Below, in pieces: positions 1 to 13,105 of a DNA stretch of 64,000 nt. The DNA is from Felis catus (taxonomy: Eukaryota). Numbering within the stretch: the stretch's first letter is position 1; each line of letters begins with the position of its first letter. The notes beneath the pieces are model-generated. The model saw nothing but the letters and a program-made list of their open reading frames with translations, made no database searches and was not told the DNA's origin. Both the position numbers and the translations under genes were made by a program. The stretch covers positions 9,240,001 to 9,304,000 of the forward strand of contig NC_058383.1 of NCBI RefSeq assembly GCF_018350175.1, written 5' to 3'.

Positions 1-2429
1 CTGGGGACTTGAGCGGGGGCCGTGAACATCCTTTGTGCCCCACTTCCCCTCCTCCCAGCCTGGGCGTGGGGGCGGGGGGACCGCATGGATGCGGTTCCTC
101 TTTCTCTCCCTGGTGTCTGGGCGGCGCCTTTCCCATTCACTCATCAGGTCTCCTGGTTTTCTAATATACCCCCCCCCCCGATATTCCCCATTGCCTCTTC
201 TGACAGATCCTTTAGAACCTCCACAGAAAAAACGTAGGCTCTCCTGAAAACCTGGGCTCAATGGTGCAAAATCGAAACCTTGCTGCTCTCACGTTTTTGT
301 TAACAAAAGGCTCCTCTTTCTCTATACCCCAAAGCACGTCCTCTTGCGGGGAACGTATTTCTCGCTAGCGTTTTCATTGATCGTTCTCGACATGTCATCT
401 CCGTTTTTTCCTAACGTGTTTTGTATTGAAAAGGGTAGGTATTGTCTTTAAAATAAAGGTTATGCATTTAGCTGACTGGTTTAATTTGTGACAAATGCTG
501 TTTCTTTTTTAAATAGGCACACATCTGTTGAAATTCCTATAAGTCGAAAAAATATTCTCCCTAATCTGATATTGCAAACAAAGCAGTGGTGGGAGGCAGT
601 ATCAAGTCATTCTAGAAGATTCTGCATTTGTCATATTGCAGAGAGCCTAGACTGGGTGGAGGCTGGGAGGAGTTATTTTAAAGGAGGAAAAAGTCTTTTT
701 TTTTTTTTTTTTTTTTTAAATAATTTGTTCTGTTAGATACATCCGAGGCTTAAAAAAAAAAAAAGCTAGCGCATCCTCATGCTGATGAAAAGAGAATACT
801 GATCGCCAGTTGTCGCATTTTGTCTGGGATGCAGATTCCTGCCTGTATTGCACCATTTTGTCAGTAACACTACATTTATCTAATGGGCTATCAAAGAGTT
901 TGATATTAGAGGAGGGGGCAAATATTGAGCATTATTAAATAAAACATGGGAAATTATCTGGTTAATGATTTAGGTCTCCCACTGTCTTAACATTTAACTT
1001 CCTGTCTTATGTAACAAAGGTTTTTAAAATGCATCTCCAGTGTGAAGTGGATTCAGGAGTGTATCTTGCGTGTTAATTTTTTTTAATGAAGCAATGTAGG
1101 TATCCCAGCTTAATCCTTGAACAACTTTGCCGGTTCATAAAAGATAACAATGCTGATGCTTTTTTATTTAAGCCGGCTACCTTACCAAAAGATTTTTATC
1201 TCATTAAGGAAGAGACTTGATTCTGAAATGGGGAGTATTGCCGTGTTAATGTATTGCCACAGATGCTACCTTAAAACATTTTAAAGCTCAAATGAGAAGT
1301 TCTGCTCTTAATAGATATCAGTGTTGGAAATATGTTTAGTTCATGTTATTTAGACTCTTCTAATTTTTCCATATTTCTAGTTTCACAGGAAAGTGAGTGA
1401 CCTCGCACCTATATCCATAGCAACCCAGTGATGTCACACACAATGACACAGAGGCTGCAATGCACCTAAGGGCTGGTAGGGAGTATGCAAATGGCATTTG
1501 TCCAAGGTAATGCAGAAATTAGCAGATAAGCAGGTGGAATTGAGGACTTCATCTTATCCACCAGATAAGAATTGGTCCAGAAAATAAGAATATCATTTAC
1601 CTTTAGGCATGCAGAGCAGTGACCTCTAGATATGCCAATTCATTTTCCAATTTCTAGTTTACCCACAAAAGTTTATAAGCTACATTTGTATTTTTAAACA
1701 TTTGTCTCATTGTTAAAATTGGACAATAATGGAATAAAGATAGAAATTTTAAACAAGAATATGTCTTAATCATAGTGCTGGGGTGGGCTGTATACTTGGG
1801 TTTTTTGCAGATTATTAACTTGGCAGGTGTTAATAAAAACCTTAAAAAACTCTTGACTTCCTACTGGGTCGTTTTCAGTAATGTTAGAGAGTGAGAACTG
1901 GTTACAAAACACAAGGCAAAAGTTCTCTTGTGCCTCTGGTCCTTGTCAGTATGGAGGAAAGGGCAGTTGTAAAATAAAGCAGACCTTTCTTCAAACCTAC
2001 TTACTGAGGAAGTGTGCTTACCTCTCCGACCCTCATTTTCCTCATCTGTGAAATAGGTCAATATCCCCTTGAAAAAGGTGTGAGGATTAAGAAATTAGTA
2101 GGTGTTTGAAAATAGTAACTATTTCTAAAACTCTGATTCTTCCCCTGTTTATGAGAGTCATCTCCTCATGGAGAATTTGGGAAAGACAGAAAGATACAGA
2201 GAAAAATACTCTGTCCTGTCACTCAAATGAGTGTTCTAAGGCTGAAATCATCCTAATGGTAGAGGGATTAAGACTATTTGCATTTAATGAAATTATCCTA
2301 GTAATAATGTCACTGGGGCCTGTGTGGAGGAATAAATTGTGTGGGTGACATAACACAATAGGAATGAAAATTGGCATGCAATATTTTGAAAAGGAAGAAA
2401 GAGGGAAGTTTAGTGTTGGGTTTTTTCCT

Positions 2430-2545
2430 TAAGTTATTTTTTGTGTTAGTAATCCCTATGCCCAGTGTGGGGCTCGAACTCAGGACCCCAAGAGCAAGAA
2501 TCACACGCTTAATCACACGCTTCCAAATGAGACAGCCAGTTAGTT

Positions 2546-2636
<91 letters not shown>

Positions 2637-2680
2637 GTTTATTTTTGAGAGAGGGAGAGACCGCATGCAAGTGGGGGAGG

Positions 2681-2742
<62 letters not shown>

Positions 2743-2869
2743 AATCAGGCTCCAGGCCCTGAGCTGTCAGCACAGAGCCCGACGCAGGGCTCGAACTCAC
2801 AAACTATGAGATCATGCATGACCTGAGCCGAAGTCGGACACTTAACCAGCTGAGCCACCCAGGCGCCCC
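2430..2869 (-). mobile_element. Two adjacent Can-SINEs with (TTTC)n and (GA)n expansions
   Basis: tRNA-derived head (ccacccaggcgcccc on +), gggctcgaactc B-box, (TTTC)n at about 2545-2635, (GA)n at about 2684-2737. Confidence 0.9.
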
Positions 2870-4416
2870 GAGGTTGAATTTTTAAGAGAAGTGTGTAGTC
2901 CTCCATTTAAGGGGAGAGGGAACACCTAGATGTTTCTTGTTAGATGGTTCTGTCCTGTCCTTTGGATTCTAATAGCCTCTGAAGAGAAGTTAATAATCTA
3001 AGTAGGATACTAGTATTCGCCTCCGGAGGGAGAAAAGCTTCTGGGCTCCTCTTGTTGAAGTGACCCGATTGGGGGGTTTGCTTGCAAAAGGCCTTCTTAA
3101 TTCTATTAAAAAAAAAAAAAAAGTCTTGCTGGAATCAATATAGTTGAAAATTCTTCCTATCTTAAATATTGTGTTTTTCCTACTAGCCCTTCCAGGAGGG
3201 GCCAGATCAATAGCCATTATCACTAATGGAGTAATGACACCTCTGTAGACTTCAGAGGTGGAGTTCTGCCAGCCATTATTCTAAGTCATGTGGTTTCAAT
3301 TGTTCTCTTCTTTGGGGTGGGAAGGATACAGATAACAGTTGGCTTTTTATGTAGTAGTCTTTGCAGTAACTGAAATGACGATTAAGTGCCTTTTCTAATT
3401 ATTAAAAAAAATAAAGCAACCTCCCATGGATCTTTTGAATTCTATCCAGATAAAAGGTGCTGCTAAACGTGTATTCTTGTTAACAGAGCTTTGTGTTAAC
3501 AGCAGACCGTGGGGGGAGTTTCATCCCCTAGTATTGGCAGGAAGCCTTATTTATTTGTTAAGCCTAACTCCTAATCGTTAAGAAGAAAAAATAATTTTGT
3601 TTTTATTGAGGTAAAAGTCAACGTAACATGCAGCAAACCGTTTTCAAGCGTATGGTTCAGTAACATTTTGCACATTCGCAATGTTGTGCAACCGTCCCCT
3701 CTAGCTGAAAAACTGGGAGAATGCCGTTTCTAAAAAGGATGATGGCTTGGCTATAACTGGCTGGATTTCAAAACATTACTGATTCAGGAATGTGTCAATA
3801 ATGAAGTAACCACAGCAGCTTACAGCCACTGGTAATCGGGATCCTTCTCTTTGTTTTCTAACATCTGGACCTTTTTGGCATAAATTGAAAAGAAAAGAGA
3901 CTTGTCTCAGCTAGATTAAGATTTCCATCGGAAGTTCCAGAGCTTAAAAACCATATGATGGTCCCCCAAATAAGTAACAATGTATCTGAAATCGGAACAA
4001 ACTATTAATCATTTGTAGATTATGGAAATTTTGCTGGGTTCGTACTAGGACTCATTTTCCACTCCAGTGCTGACTTCGTTGTAAATGATTTCTCTGCTGT
4101 GTGGCAGCAGTCCCCTAATGAGCACCGCACGGCACCCTAATGAGCACCGCGCAGTGCTGAGAGGGTGAGCTGTTCAAGCACGGATGCTACACTGACAGTC
4201 CCGTGTATATGATGTCACACACATCGTTTGGGGGCTTCTGAGGCTGCCAGGAGCTTCTCCCTCCCATAATCACCAGCCTTCACCCTTTTATCTGGCAGGG
4301 CATCTGACTGTTTCTGTATTGCTATCAGATTCCGTGGGATGTGGGAGAAAGAGAGCACAGGCCATCTTACGTACTTAATAGTCAAAGGAGGAAAAAAATT
4401 ACGCATAAACCACCGT

Positions 4417-4519
4417 CTTTTGTTCGTTTGAGTAAGCTCTGTGCCCAACGTGGGGCCTGAACTCAGGACCCTGCAATCGGGAGTCACATGTGCTACCGAC
4501 TGAGCCAGTCAGGCGCCCC
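4417..4519 (-). mobile_element. Short Can-SINE
   Basis: ggggcctgaactcaggaccc...gactgagccagtcaggcgcccc. Confidence 0.8.
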
Positions 4520-5132
4520 TCTTTTGTCTTATTTTCTAAGTTCTATTAGTGCTTAACCAGATATTTAAGGTTATAATCAGAGGATGCTATGTTTGCTGCC
4601 TTTGTAGGTTGTGAAGGCTGTCAATATCATCTGCCTTTTGGCCTTGCCTTTCATAATCCCTTTCCTCTTCTCCCCAAATTCTGTTTTAGGTATGAGCTGT
4701 TGAGTTTGGTTCACTACCACCACATCATCCTACTTTTTAAATTGGGCACTCGTAGAGATCCTTGAGTTTTGTTTTTTCTAATTTATAAATTTGAATGGTG
4801 CACAAAACCGTTCTGTGAGAAATGATCAGTAGAAGTTCCCAAAGGAGAGCTTTAGTTTAAAGGTAAACAGTTAAATAATTGGTTTGGTCCCACGATCTTG
4901 CAGTGACAATAAAAATTACGTCTTAAGGACTTGGCATGAGTCTTTTGTTTCTTTCCTTTTTAAAGAACTGGCGAAGTCTAAGCTAAATTTTCATCAGCAT
5001 TTCACCTGTAAGGGTGTGTCCTACAGAGGGAGACTTTTCCTTGCATAAGTTCAATACTGTTAATGTGCTGCGTAACGTTAATTCGGTTGTGACTAGGTAA
5101 ATGGAAATGAGAGTGTTGTCACATACACAGAT

Positions 5133-5226
5133 TTTTTTTTTTCCCTTCTAAGTTTTTACTTAAGTGATCTCATGACCCCGAGATCAGGAGTCGCATGCTC
5201 TTCCGACTGAGCCAGCCAGGCACCCC
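5133..5226 (-). mobile_element. Truncated Can-SINE
   Basis: catgaccccgagatcaggagtcgcatgctc...gccagccaggcacccc. Confidence 0.8.
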
Positions 5227-5564
5227 ACATACAGAAATTTTTAAATATGAGGTTTAGAAAATAAATTTCCAAAGAAACTCCTCGGTCTTATCCTCCTAAT
5301 CTTTGGAGTAATACCGTATTTTTGGAGAGATGGATGAAAGCTGAACTGAGTAGGACCCAGGTGTAGTGTCAGCTTTCTCCTCTTAATTCTGTTACTAGAA
5401 CAGGGGTGTCAGAGCTGGGAATAGGACAGTGACAGCAGTGGGCAGCTGCACATGTAATGACAGGAGCTTAAGAGGAATCCCTTAGCCGCCCTCCCCCACA
5501 GCCAAGTGTGTAGGGCAGCTGTGGCGGTGGAGAGAAGGGTAAGAGGTAATCAGAGGAAGGGTTT

Positions 5565-5757
5565 CATTTTTATTTATTTTAATGTTTGTTTACTCTGAGA
5601 GAGACACAGAGTGAGCGGGGGAGGGGCAGAGAGAAGGACACAGAATCCCAAGCAGGCTCTGCGCGCTGTCAGTGCAGAGCCGGACTCAGGGCTCGATCCC
5701 ACAAACTGAGATCATGACCTGAGCCAAAACCAAGCTTGGACGCCACCCAGGCGCCCC
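5565..5757 (-). mobile_element. Can-SINE
   Basis: T-rich tail, GA stretch, gagatcatgacctgagcc, caggcgcccc. Confidence 0.88.
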
Positions 5758-6329
5758 AAGAGGAAGGCTTTTTTTTTAAAGACGCAGGTTTGTTTTGAGA
5801 TAAATCATTTAAATGTCCAACACCTGAGCTCCCATACTTTCATAACCTGGATCTAGGAAACCGTGGTCTCTGGTGCCAGTACTTTAAGGATGTGGAAATA
5901 AACTTTCTTTTGCCTGAATTGTTCCAGTTCCGGACGCTTCGGTTCAATACAGCGCGCGCCTTTTGTAGCTAACAAGAACTAGCAAATGAGTATGTATGTG
6001 TGTGCCCTGGTGGCCCAGCATGGATGGTAGCCTTGCAGGTAATCCCATGCCCCCTGCCAGTGCAGTTCTGCTGCTTGAGCTGGACAGGCTGGGTGGGATA
6101 GAAGCGATTGCCAAATGATGCCCCACTCTTCACATACGACCTATATCTAGTCTTTGTAACTACATCTGTGTAATAGAAATAGACGTTAGACACTAAATTT
6201 TTTCTACTAAGTGGAAAATGACCCAGTCCAGAAGGGCAAGGAGAATTCATAGGATAGGCTCAGAAAAGAGCATCCTGAAGCAAGGAAAAGCTAGTTGGGA
6301 ACAAGTGGGTAGTAGAGAAGGAATATTCC

Positions 6330-6920
6330 TTTTTTTTAGTTTTTTAAATTTTTTAGAAAAGGTTTTATTTTTAAGTAATCTCTACACCCAGCGTGGGTGC
6401 TCAAACTTACAACCCTCAGATCAAGAGTCACATGCTGCACCAACTGAGCTTGCCAGGTGCCCCTAATTTTTTTTTTTAAGTTTATTTATTTATTTTGAGA
6501 GAGAGAGAGAGAGAGAGAGGGTGGGTGGGGAGTAGGGGACAGAGCGTCTGAAGCAGTCCCTGTGCTGACAGCAGAGAGCCCGATGCCGGGCTTGAACTCA
6601 CAAACTCTGAAATGATGACCTGAGCAAAAGTTCAGACGCTTAGCTGCCACCCAAGCGCCCCTAATTTGTTTTCTTTTGGGAAGGAATATGGTTGAGTGTC
6701 TTGAATTTGGGGATGCTGTTAATGTCCTTTTTTTTTCTTTTTTTAATTTTTGAAAATTTAGTTATTTTGAGAGAGAGAGGGCGCAGGTTGGGGAGGGGCA
6801 CCGACGGCTAGCACAGAGTCCAGTGCCAGGCTTGAACTCGTGAAACTGAGATCATGTCATGACCTGAGCCAAAATCTAGAGTTTGATGCATAACCAACTG
6901 AGCCACCCACCTACGGGCCC
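6330..6920 (-). mobile_element. Cluster of three Can-SINEs (about 6330-6463, 6467-6661, 6728-6920)
   Basis: Three successive T-tail/tRNA-head units. Confidence 0.85.
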
Positions 6921-7561
6921 TGGGATGTTGTTAATTTCTGAGGGAGTCTTTGGAGTCGTCGTTGGGAGTGATGACTGATGACAAAAATGTCCGACCTTTA
7001 TGATGCTAGAAAATTTGGGGGAAAAAGATAGGTATCCCCATAATTCCCCATGCAGGAGTATATGTCCATCATGTCTTTTTTTTCCTTGGGGTTTAGGCTT
7101 GCTTTTGTACCGTGCCTTCTTCCTTGACATTCATTATTTCAAGGAGTTTTTTTTTTCTGTTACTACTATGTTCAATGGCTGAATTAAGTCTGTGGATGTG
7201 TCATAATTTACTTATATTTTTATTTAACATCCATGCTCTTTGCAAATTTGTGGTAATATTGCCATGAATATCTTTGTGACTAAAGCTTCGACCACAGTTG
7301 ATATATTAGGACCGAGACCCAAAAGTGGAATTTTTGAAAGCATAAAATTTTAAGCCTTTTGAAATCAGTAGTACTGCGTGTTCTTAAAAGTAGGGAAAGA
7401 TGTAACTGAATAGGTAAACATACACATGGTTCAAAATTCAAGGATGCCCTGTTGCCCTTTTACTACATGAAGAAAAATAAACTGAAGACATCTGCTCTCA
7501 ACAGATCTCCCTTTTGTTACTTTTTTCTGGTTGGAATGACTGCCTTTAAAAAGAAAACCCT

Positions 7562-7857
7562 GGGGGCACCTGACTGGCTCAGTCCGAAGAGCATGGGACT
7601 CTTGATCTCTACGTCGTAAGTTCAAGCCCCACGTTGGGTGTAGAGATATTCTAAAAAATGGACGTTAAAAAAATAAAAAGAAGGGACACCTGAGTGGCTC
7701 AGTTGGTTAAGTGTCCGACCTTGGCTCAGGTCATGATCCTGTGGTTCATGGGTTTGAGCCCCGCATCAGATTCTGTGTCTCCTTTTCTTTCTGCCCCTCC
7801 CCCATTTGTGCTCTGTCTCTCAAAAATAAATAAACATTTAAAAAAATAAAAAGAAAA
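7562..7857 (+). mobile_element. Two tandem Can-SINEs
   Basis: gggggcacctgactggctcagt and gggacacctgagtggctcagttggttaag heads, each with an A-rich tail. Confidence 0.88.
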
Positions 7858-9004
7858 CAATGACACGGAAATTTTCACAACATTTGTTGAGATGAATAGC
7901 GGAGTAAACCTCCCCATAACCTGCTTCACCAGGTGGCAGCATAGCAGTCAATCTTTTTATCTACGTACTTGCCTACTGGTTGGTCCCCTTGGGATTTACC
8001 ATCTTGGAAGATGGCTTCTTACTGACCTAAAATTATCCCTTTTTTGCTGTAAATGGTCAAGTTAGCAGCAGGGTCTCCCTACATTTATTTAAATTTGGCA
8101 CCCTGCAAAGTAGTTTCTTGCTTAAACCATTTAATCCAGATGGCGGCTGATTGTCACTTTTCCCTTGATTTTAAGGTGCTTCTCTTCAGTTGACATGCAG
8201 GTAATGTGTTATCTGTGGGGTAAGAGTGTGATCACTAAAGGACTGGGATTCCTTTCTTGCTGCCTTTTTTCTTTAGGGTGGGGGAGGTAGATTCTTCTGA
8301 CAGAAGAGCTAAAACCCAATGAACTTGCAGAGGATGAGGCAAGTAAACACGTTTTGCTTTTGTTTCGCCTTGTTACTTGCCAGGCATTTTTTAAAAATCC
8401 TTTTTGCCTTAAGGTCAGTGTCCTGCTGAGTGTGGGGATGCATGGGCGGGTAGATAGCATATGTAATAGCTGTCTGAGCCCAGACAGCCTGGCTTTGAAT
8501 CCATGCTCAGAAGTATGGAGCGGATCAATCTAATGATGTTAGCAGTAATTTAGATGGATATGCTGCCGTTCTATTTATTTTTTGCCATCTGAAGGTCCTG
8601 CAGTTAAAACTTGAGATTTTTGGGACAGGATCCGTTTATTGAGGAAAGGAAAATAATATGGTAAACTGCAAACAGGTATAGTAGCGGCATAATAGAGTAA
8701 CATGGCACTGAAGTCACACTGGACTTCAGTGGCTCTTTCCTAAAGAAGTGATGCTGGCATAGTGTCTTGGGGGACTGCAAGGGAGGGGGGAACATGTAGA
8801 GGAAGGACTGTCCTGGGAGAGGGAATAGCATGTGTAGGTTCAGAAGAGCAGAGTGTGGTGCGGGATTCATTTATTCACTGTTGGTTGCTGCAGTACTGTG
8901 CATTTGAGGGAATATTAGCAAAGGAGTCCAAAGAGGTAAGTAGGACCCAGTTTATTGAAGGGCCTTGTGGAGTTTGAGTTCTTTCTCTAAGCTCTGGAGA
9001 GTCT

Positions 9005-9224
9005 GGGGCGCCTGGGTGGCGCAGTCGGTTAAGCGTCCGACTTCAACCAGGTCACGATCTCGCGGTCCGTGAGTTCGAGCCCCGCGTCAGGCTCTGGGCT
9101 GGTGGCTCAGAGCCTGGAGCCTGTTTCCGATTCTGTGTCTCCCTCTCTCTCTGCCCCTCGCCCGTTCATGCTCTGTCTCTCTCTGTCCCAAAAATAAATA
9201 AACGTTGGAAAAAAAAATTTTTTT
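9005..9224 (+). mobile_element. Young full-length feline-type Can-SINE with 16-bp target site duplication
   Basis: ggggcgcctgggtggcgcagtcggttaagcgtccgac with CpGs intact. TSD TAAGCTCTGGAGAGTC at 8988-9003 and 9225-9240. Confidence 0.95.
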
Positions 9225-9577
9225 TAAGCTCTGGAGAGTCATGGAAGGATTCTAGGCAGAGGAGGATCGTGATCTGATTTTTGGCCTGGAGAGATTTGGA
9301 AACTCAAGGACAGTGAGACAAAGGGAGGGAGACTAATTAGAGTATTACAAGGGGTCTAGTTTGAAGGAGGAGAACCTGGACAAGGATAGTGAGGGTAGAT
9401 CAGAGACAACTTGATGGTCGGAGATAGAATAAGAAAGAAGAAGAAGGAAAAATGATGGAGAAGAGGAATTCAGCTGTCCTGCAGAGTTTGGGGAAGCATT
9501 TAAGTGGAAGTAGATAAAAGATAATGGCTACAAGATAGTACATGAGGAGCACTTACAGTAGTGCCTGGCACAGCATA

Positions 9578-9580
<3 letters not shown>

Positions 9581-9656
<76 letters not shown>
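9581..9656. repeat. (GT)n microsatellite
   Basis: About 38 units with one interruption. Confidence 0.97.
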
Positions 9657-9658
<2 letters not shown>

Positions 9659-9847
9659 TTTTAGATGTTAAATACTTTTAGTTATTTTGAGAGAGAATGA
9701 GCAGGGGAGGGGCAGAGAGAGAGGGAGAGAGGATTCCAGGCAGGCTCTGCAGAGCTGGACGTGGGGCTCAATCCCACAGACTGAGATCATGACCTGAGCT
9801 GAAACCAAGAGCTGGACTCTTAACCTACTGAGCCACCCAGGTGCCCC
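9657..9847 (-). mobile_element. Can-SINE
   Basis: gagatcatgacctgagctgaaacc...gccacccaggtgcccc. Confidence 0.88.
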
Positions 9848-10300
9848 AAGTAAACATATTTTTTTAGGACCAACTATAGACTACGTTCTGGTCCAAGAGC
9901 TGGAGAACACGTGTCCCATTCCCCTCCTAGAACTGCCATTCTAGTGGGGGTCACTGTATATCCATGGTGGTTAAAACCAGGCGTAGTAAGGTCACCTAGG
10001 GAAAGCAGAGAGTTGGAGTCAAAACATGTAACCCTGGGGAATAGCACTTCTATAGTTACCAGAATGAGGAAGCTGAGTTGGTAGTGATGAAGGCAGAAAA
10101 CCAGGAAAGAATGCTAACAAAGGGAAGAGAGTGTCACGAAAGGGGGAGTGGTTTTATTTTATGAATAAAAATTTAAGTTGACTTAAGGGAACATTGGTTG
10201 GGGATATGAAATGGGAAGGATAGTTAATGGCATTTTATTAGATGGGTACAGGGGTGGTGAGGTGGGGAGTGAATGAAAGGAAATGCTAGGAAGTATAGAC

Positions 10301-10520
10301 TTTTTTTTTATTAAAAAATTTTGTTTTTACATTTATTTATTTTTTAAGAGGTAGAGCACAAGTCAGGGAGGAGCAGAGAGAATGAGACACAGAATCTGAA
10401 ACAGTCTCCAGGCTATGAGCACTCAGCACAACCCCAACGCGGGGCTCAAACTCACAAACCGTGAGATCATGACCCGAGCCGAAGTCGGACGCTTAACCGA
10501 CTGAGCCACCCAGGCGCCCC
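10301..10520 (-). mobile_element. Can-SINE
   Basis: Full body, with a short tagact flanking duplication. Confidence 0.92.
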
Positions 10521-11195
10521 TAGACTGAACTTTCAGAAGCTTGATTTTGTAGGAAATAAAGAGATGGGAAAAAAATGAGATTAAAAGGCATCACTTATTT
10601 TCACCCTAAACTTGGGTTATATGTTAATGGGAAAGAGCAGGAGAGGAGGAGGGAACATACAGGGAAGAGAATGACTGACCACTGGGCACATAGAGGGAAG
10701 AAACACTTGGCGCATAGGGAGGAGGCAACGATAGAAGTTGTTTGCCAAGAAAAGGCCTTGGAATCTGCTTACCTAGTGGTCGCTTTCCTCTACAAAGAGG
10801 CAGTGGTAAGCAAGGATCGCTAGGCAGTGAGTGCAGAGGGTCAGAAAAACCCTAATGCGCAGCGGCTGGTCTTCTCTTGGTGTCTGTCTCCGTCTCCCTT
10901 CCTGTCTTTACTCGCTTCAGTTTTGGGTGGAAGAATAAAAAAGGCTGAGTGGTTGGACTGATTGCGCATTTGGATGCTTTAGAGCTCGTAGAACAGAAGG
11001 ACAAGCAAGGCACAGGAAAGTTTATATTTAAACAAAAACAATTGAATTGGTGAATCTTAGAAGAAAGGAGTAAAGTCTGAAGGGGAAGAGAAAGGATGGG
11101 ATTCAAGAGCACAGTGGGAGTGCCAGTAGGTGGGAGTGAGGACTGGTATTACTGGAGGTTGTAAGAGTTTGATTTTAAAAGTGAGTGATTTCTCT

Positions 11196-11626
11196 GGGGG
11201 TCGCCTGGGTGGCTCAGTCAGTTAAACATCTGACTCCTGGTTTCAGCTCAGGTCATGATCTCATGGTTCGTGAGTTCGAGCCCCACATCAGGCTCTGCAT
11301 TGGTATTATGGAACCTGCTTGAAATTTTCTCTCTCCCTCTCTCTTTGCCCCTCCCTGGCTTGCACTGTCTCTCTCAAAACAAGTAAAATAAACTTAAAAA
11401 AAAAAAAGCGAGTGATTCTGGACCGCCTGGGTGGCTCAGTCAGTTAAGTGTCCCACTCTTGATTTCGGCTCAGGTCATGATCTCATGGTTCATGTGATTG
11501 AGCCCTGCATCAGGCCCCATGCTGACAGCATGGAGCCTGCTTGGTATTCTGGCTCTCCCTCTCCCACTTGTGCTCTTTTTCTCTCTCAAAATAAATAAGC
11601 AAACTTGTAAAAACTTAAAAAATAAA
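11196..11626 (+). mobile_element. Two tandem Can-SINEs
   Basis: Two cgcctgggtggctcagtcagttaa heads with A tails; the flanking motif (a/g)gtgagtgatt recurs three times in near-identical form. Confidence 0.9.
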
Positions 11627-12349
11627 GTGAGTGATTCTGAACAAAGAGGTCAAGGGTGTAGCTTGGGTGAGAAGTTGTCAAATTTGATGAGACAGCTTAA
11701 CTATTGTTCATAATGGATTTGGGGGAACAGCCTTGGATAATGGAGGTGGAACAAGAGATATGGACATAAGTGAACAATCCCAACGAAAGTGAACGTGACG
11801 TTGATTCTGGGAGAAGTTGTAGAAGCAAAGAAAAGGCCTAAAAAGTGGAACTTATTGTAAAAGAAAGTCAGTATGGGTTTGTAGAAGAAGCTGTTTAATT
11901 TTTAACTAATTTTGATTGAATTACTTTTTAGAATAGGGTTATTTGACTACCAGCCAAGGGAACACTGGAATATGTATACCTGAATTTTTTCAAGACATTC
12001 AGGTCAGGTGTTTTTCCTCCTATGTGGGGTTACACAGCAGAGTTTTGACAAATGTCCTAGTTGTTAGAAAGTGAGATCAGACTGGAGCAGTGGGTGGAAT
12101 CTAGGGTAATGAAATGGCCTTATTTTTTTGCTTAAAGTCTTGTATTTTGGCCCCCAAATTCAGCTTTTCATTATTCCATGTGGTGCGGATGGCACTTAAC
12201 AATAGCACCTGTTGGGGGCAAAGAGACCTAGGGTGTTGATTGAGATCGCAGTAGGAATTCAGTCTGATTGATTTTCAGAAGTTAATTTAAGCGGAATTTA
12301 ACGCTGCAAGATAATATTAAAACAAGTATATAAGTTAGTTTTTGTTGAT

Positions 12350-12690
12350 ATCAAATTACCCCAAACAAAGATTTCTTACTTCTCCTGATTCTGTTGGTTG
12401 GCCAAGTATTTTTGGTTTAGGCCAGCCTCAGTTTGGCTAGATGAAACTCCAGTGGCCGTGGAAGTTTCCTAGCAGCAAGCCCTTCCTGACTCTCGAGCAC
12501 TTTTCAGGCCTTTGCTTGCCTTATACTCGATAATATTCCACTAGTTAATGTAAGTCACATGACCGAGTGCAGCCTATAGGGTGGAGAACTATATTCCATT
12601 TCTTCATGGGAGGAGCTACAAAATCATAGTGAGAAGGAAGATGTGTACAGGGTTGGGAAGAAATATTATTGCCACTTTTGCAAACAGTCT
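12350..12690. mobile_element. Degenerate MaLR (MLT1-like) LTR fragment
   Basis: Motifs aattacccccaaac, aagtcacatgacc and gggaggagctacaaaatca resemble MLT1 consensus as recalled; not aligned. Confidence 0.5.
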
Positions 12691-12870
12691 GGGCTTGATA
12701 CATCATGTGTAAATTCATGTCACTTACACGTTCAGAAGTGACTGTTAGGTAACATGGTGATTCATTGGTGAGTGCAAGGTGGTACCTGCCCCTTAAAAGA
12801 CTTCAGTCTTCTTGGGGAAAGGAAAGGTATATAGTTAACGGTACAAAGCGTTAGGAATGGGCAGCATGTT

Positions 12871-13105
12871 GGGGTGCCTGGATGGCTCAGTCGATTAAGT
12901 GTCTGACTCTTGATTTCCACTCGGGTCATGATCTCACAGCTCGTGAGTTTGAGCCCCGTGTTGGACTCTGCACTGGCAGCACGGAGCCTGCTTGGAATTC
13001 ACTGTCTTCCTCTCTGTGTTCCCCTGCCCTCCCCCACCCCCTGCCCTCAAAAATAAATAAATAAAAATTTACCAAAAAAACCCAAACCAAAACAAAACAA
13101 AAAAA
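12871..13105 (+). mobile_element. Can-SINE
   Basis: ggggtgcctggatggctcagtcgattaag head; aaaataaataaa tail. Confidence 0.9.

Noticed and set aside
9005..9090. tRNA gene
   Set aside because: The A and B boxes belong to the tRNA-derived head of a Can-SINE and continue into the SINE body and tail.
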